Assembly (NCBI GenBank): GCA_002104905.1
Contig: MCFE01000024.1
Coordinates: forward strand, 62,001-126,000
Source: Basidiobolus meristosporus CBS 931.73
Taxonomy: Eukaryota > Fungi > Basidiobolomycota
DNA: 64,000 bases
Direction: 5' to 3'
The notes below the pieces were generated by a model. It did no database searches and was not told the DNA's origin. It was given only the letters and a program-made list of their open reading frames with translations. Made by a program: the position numbers and the translations under genes. This document shows positions 62,450 to 64,000 of the stretch, piece after piece (position 1 is the first letter of the stretch; each line of letters opens with the position of its first letter).

Positions 62450-64000
62450 TACTGAACGGCGACGACTTCTTATGCATATTTCTCGGTCTTTGCGGTGCAG
62501 ATTGAAATAAAATATCTTTCGACCTATCTGAGAATACCAAGCACTGACGATACGTCGAAAGACCGTGAAGGTTTAATGCGAGGCTTAGGGACAAATGATA
62601 TTTGGTACCCGGGACATGCCGCAGATTGCTGTCTCACCTCGGCTCCATAGCATATCCTGTCGAGTATGTATGAAACTGAATACCATCAATGCCGGTTTAG
62701 CGTTTTGTTTCGTTGAGGAGCAATTCGTGAAAATACCTCTGCAGAGTATGCGAATTTTGCGATGTTGCGCCTCCGATTTCCTACAAGTCTCTACAATTGA
62801 CCACGTCTGCATTGCTTGAAACAGAATATTTGTCCGGCGATGAATCAGCAGTCATTGCGGAGCTCTACCCTGTTTGCAAAATACGCAAATAAACTTCGCA
62901 TATTGGAAGATACTATCAGCTGAAGCTTCATATTCTACCTGAACGCTAACTTTCTTTGCTTCCTTGTTTTGATAAACCTCGAAAAAATACCGTATATGGC
63001 ATTATGCATCATCGTTTCATTCTACTCCCACCAAATATAGAAACAACGTGGTACCCATATTTTTTCCTCCAGAATTGTGGGGATGCTGAGAAGATAGACA
63101 TTTCTGGATGGGATTCTTGAAAACCATACAAATGCTGGGGTCCGTCGAAGAATTCCCCCATTCAACCGGAGACATGAAATTCTGGCAATGCTTGCAGATA
63201 TTATCGTAAATAACGAGCCTGGAGGCAAACACTGTTCCGCTATCTCCCATTGGATTACCGGAGCCTCTCCATCAATATCATCTGATATTGACTGTTCGGT
63301 AAAGATCTTTAGTAATCAATGAGAAACACTCAACACGGCTGCTGGGCCATCAATGCGCAGGAATAGTGTGGATTACTTGTCCATCATGGAGTTGGCCCAG
63401 GCAAAAGATAGTGCCGGAGTTCCAGATGCGCAGCAAATAACTGGTGCATCCACCAAACTCAGTCACATCGTGATTGGCTGTTGGGCTAGGCGCAAATGAT
63501 CAACGTGAGTGGTAGTTTTTTCGGACCGCTTCTCATTCGTTCTCATGTGCCCATTCAGCATTATGCTTGGCTCAGTGTATAGGGCCAGCACCGCTCTTTG
63601 GGATTATCGGCACGTTATCTTCTCCAAGCCATGTGCAAAAGCCGAAGGTCATGCCATTCTTCGCATGATCCGTCGTTCCTGAGCTGGATCTCACGTAGCA
63701 TCTTTGATGGTTTTGGAAGAGAAAAAACTTGAAATACTAATAATCCTCCAGATAATCCCAAGTCTGGCTTTTAATCTGTTGAGAGCTTCCATTTTCCCAA
63801 TGGGGCATTCGTGCTCCGCAAGTCTGTATGCCCAAGGCTGACCAAAACCCCCGATTTTCCTGGCAGTCATTGAAGGGATCGAGCACCAGGCCTCGACGAT
63901 GTTATTTGCTATTTATGCTTGGCAACGAACGTGTTCAAAGCGTAGGTGCGGAGACAATGCTCTTGCCGAGTTAGACCTAATGCACTCATGAGCAACGATG
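62450..64000 (-). mobile_element. Decayed relic, possibly MULE transposase with SWIM finger
   Basis: Minus-strand fragments NNIVEAW (TNNxxExW-like, ~63900) and IYDNICKH (SWIM-like, ~63190); many stops. Confidence 0.3.

Noticed and set aside
63017-63420. Penelope-like RT motifs (GNPMG, SLFTII)
   Set aside because: The motifs are in different frames with wrong spacing and no YxDD; a MULE/SWIM relic fits slightly better and is itself low confidence.
1-64000. tRNA, rRNA or spliceosomal snRNA genes; alternative genetic code to explain in-frame stops
   Set aside because: No T-loop/B-box or snRNA signature was seen by eye. Well-supported genes terminate at TAA, TAG and TGA normally.

Overview
Eukaryotic DNA, most likely from a TE-rich early-diverging fungus; an Entomophthorales-like assignment is inference from gene content, short GT-AG introns and TE load. 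It has two halves. Positions 1 to ~36.4 kb are a gene-dense, CpG-normal block with decayed TE relics between genes. Genes there: a mitofissin/Atg44-type microprotein missed by the ORF track, Ssr4, a TACC-domain protein, a small RHH-like ORF, a secreted PA+M28 aminopeptidase, a Ygr210-type Obg GTPase, two convergent Prm10/ThrE paralogs, a Skt5/Chs4-like Sel1 protein, Svf1, a Usv1/NsdC-like C2H2 factor, a divergent cyclin and an SGNH-like membrane protein. Positions ~36.4-62 kb are a CpG-depleted transposon nest. It holds one Ty1/copia family inserted repeatedly into itself (348-bp TGTTG..CAACA LTR, half-tRNA-iMet PBS), a near-intact chromodomain Ty3, a decayed CACTA transposase, and a 734-bp foldback element with 347-bp arms and an ATT target duplication. 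The Ty3 has an 11-nt Tf1-type self-priming signal and a PEG10-type GGGAAAC plus hairpin -1 frameshift cassette. I found no clearly new multi-gene system. The best leads are the two non-canonical retroelement priming signals, the foldback element, the TSD-bracketed collapsed copia nest, and several small or odd host genes. All homology calls come from motif recognition by eye, not from database searches.
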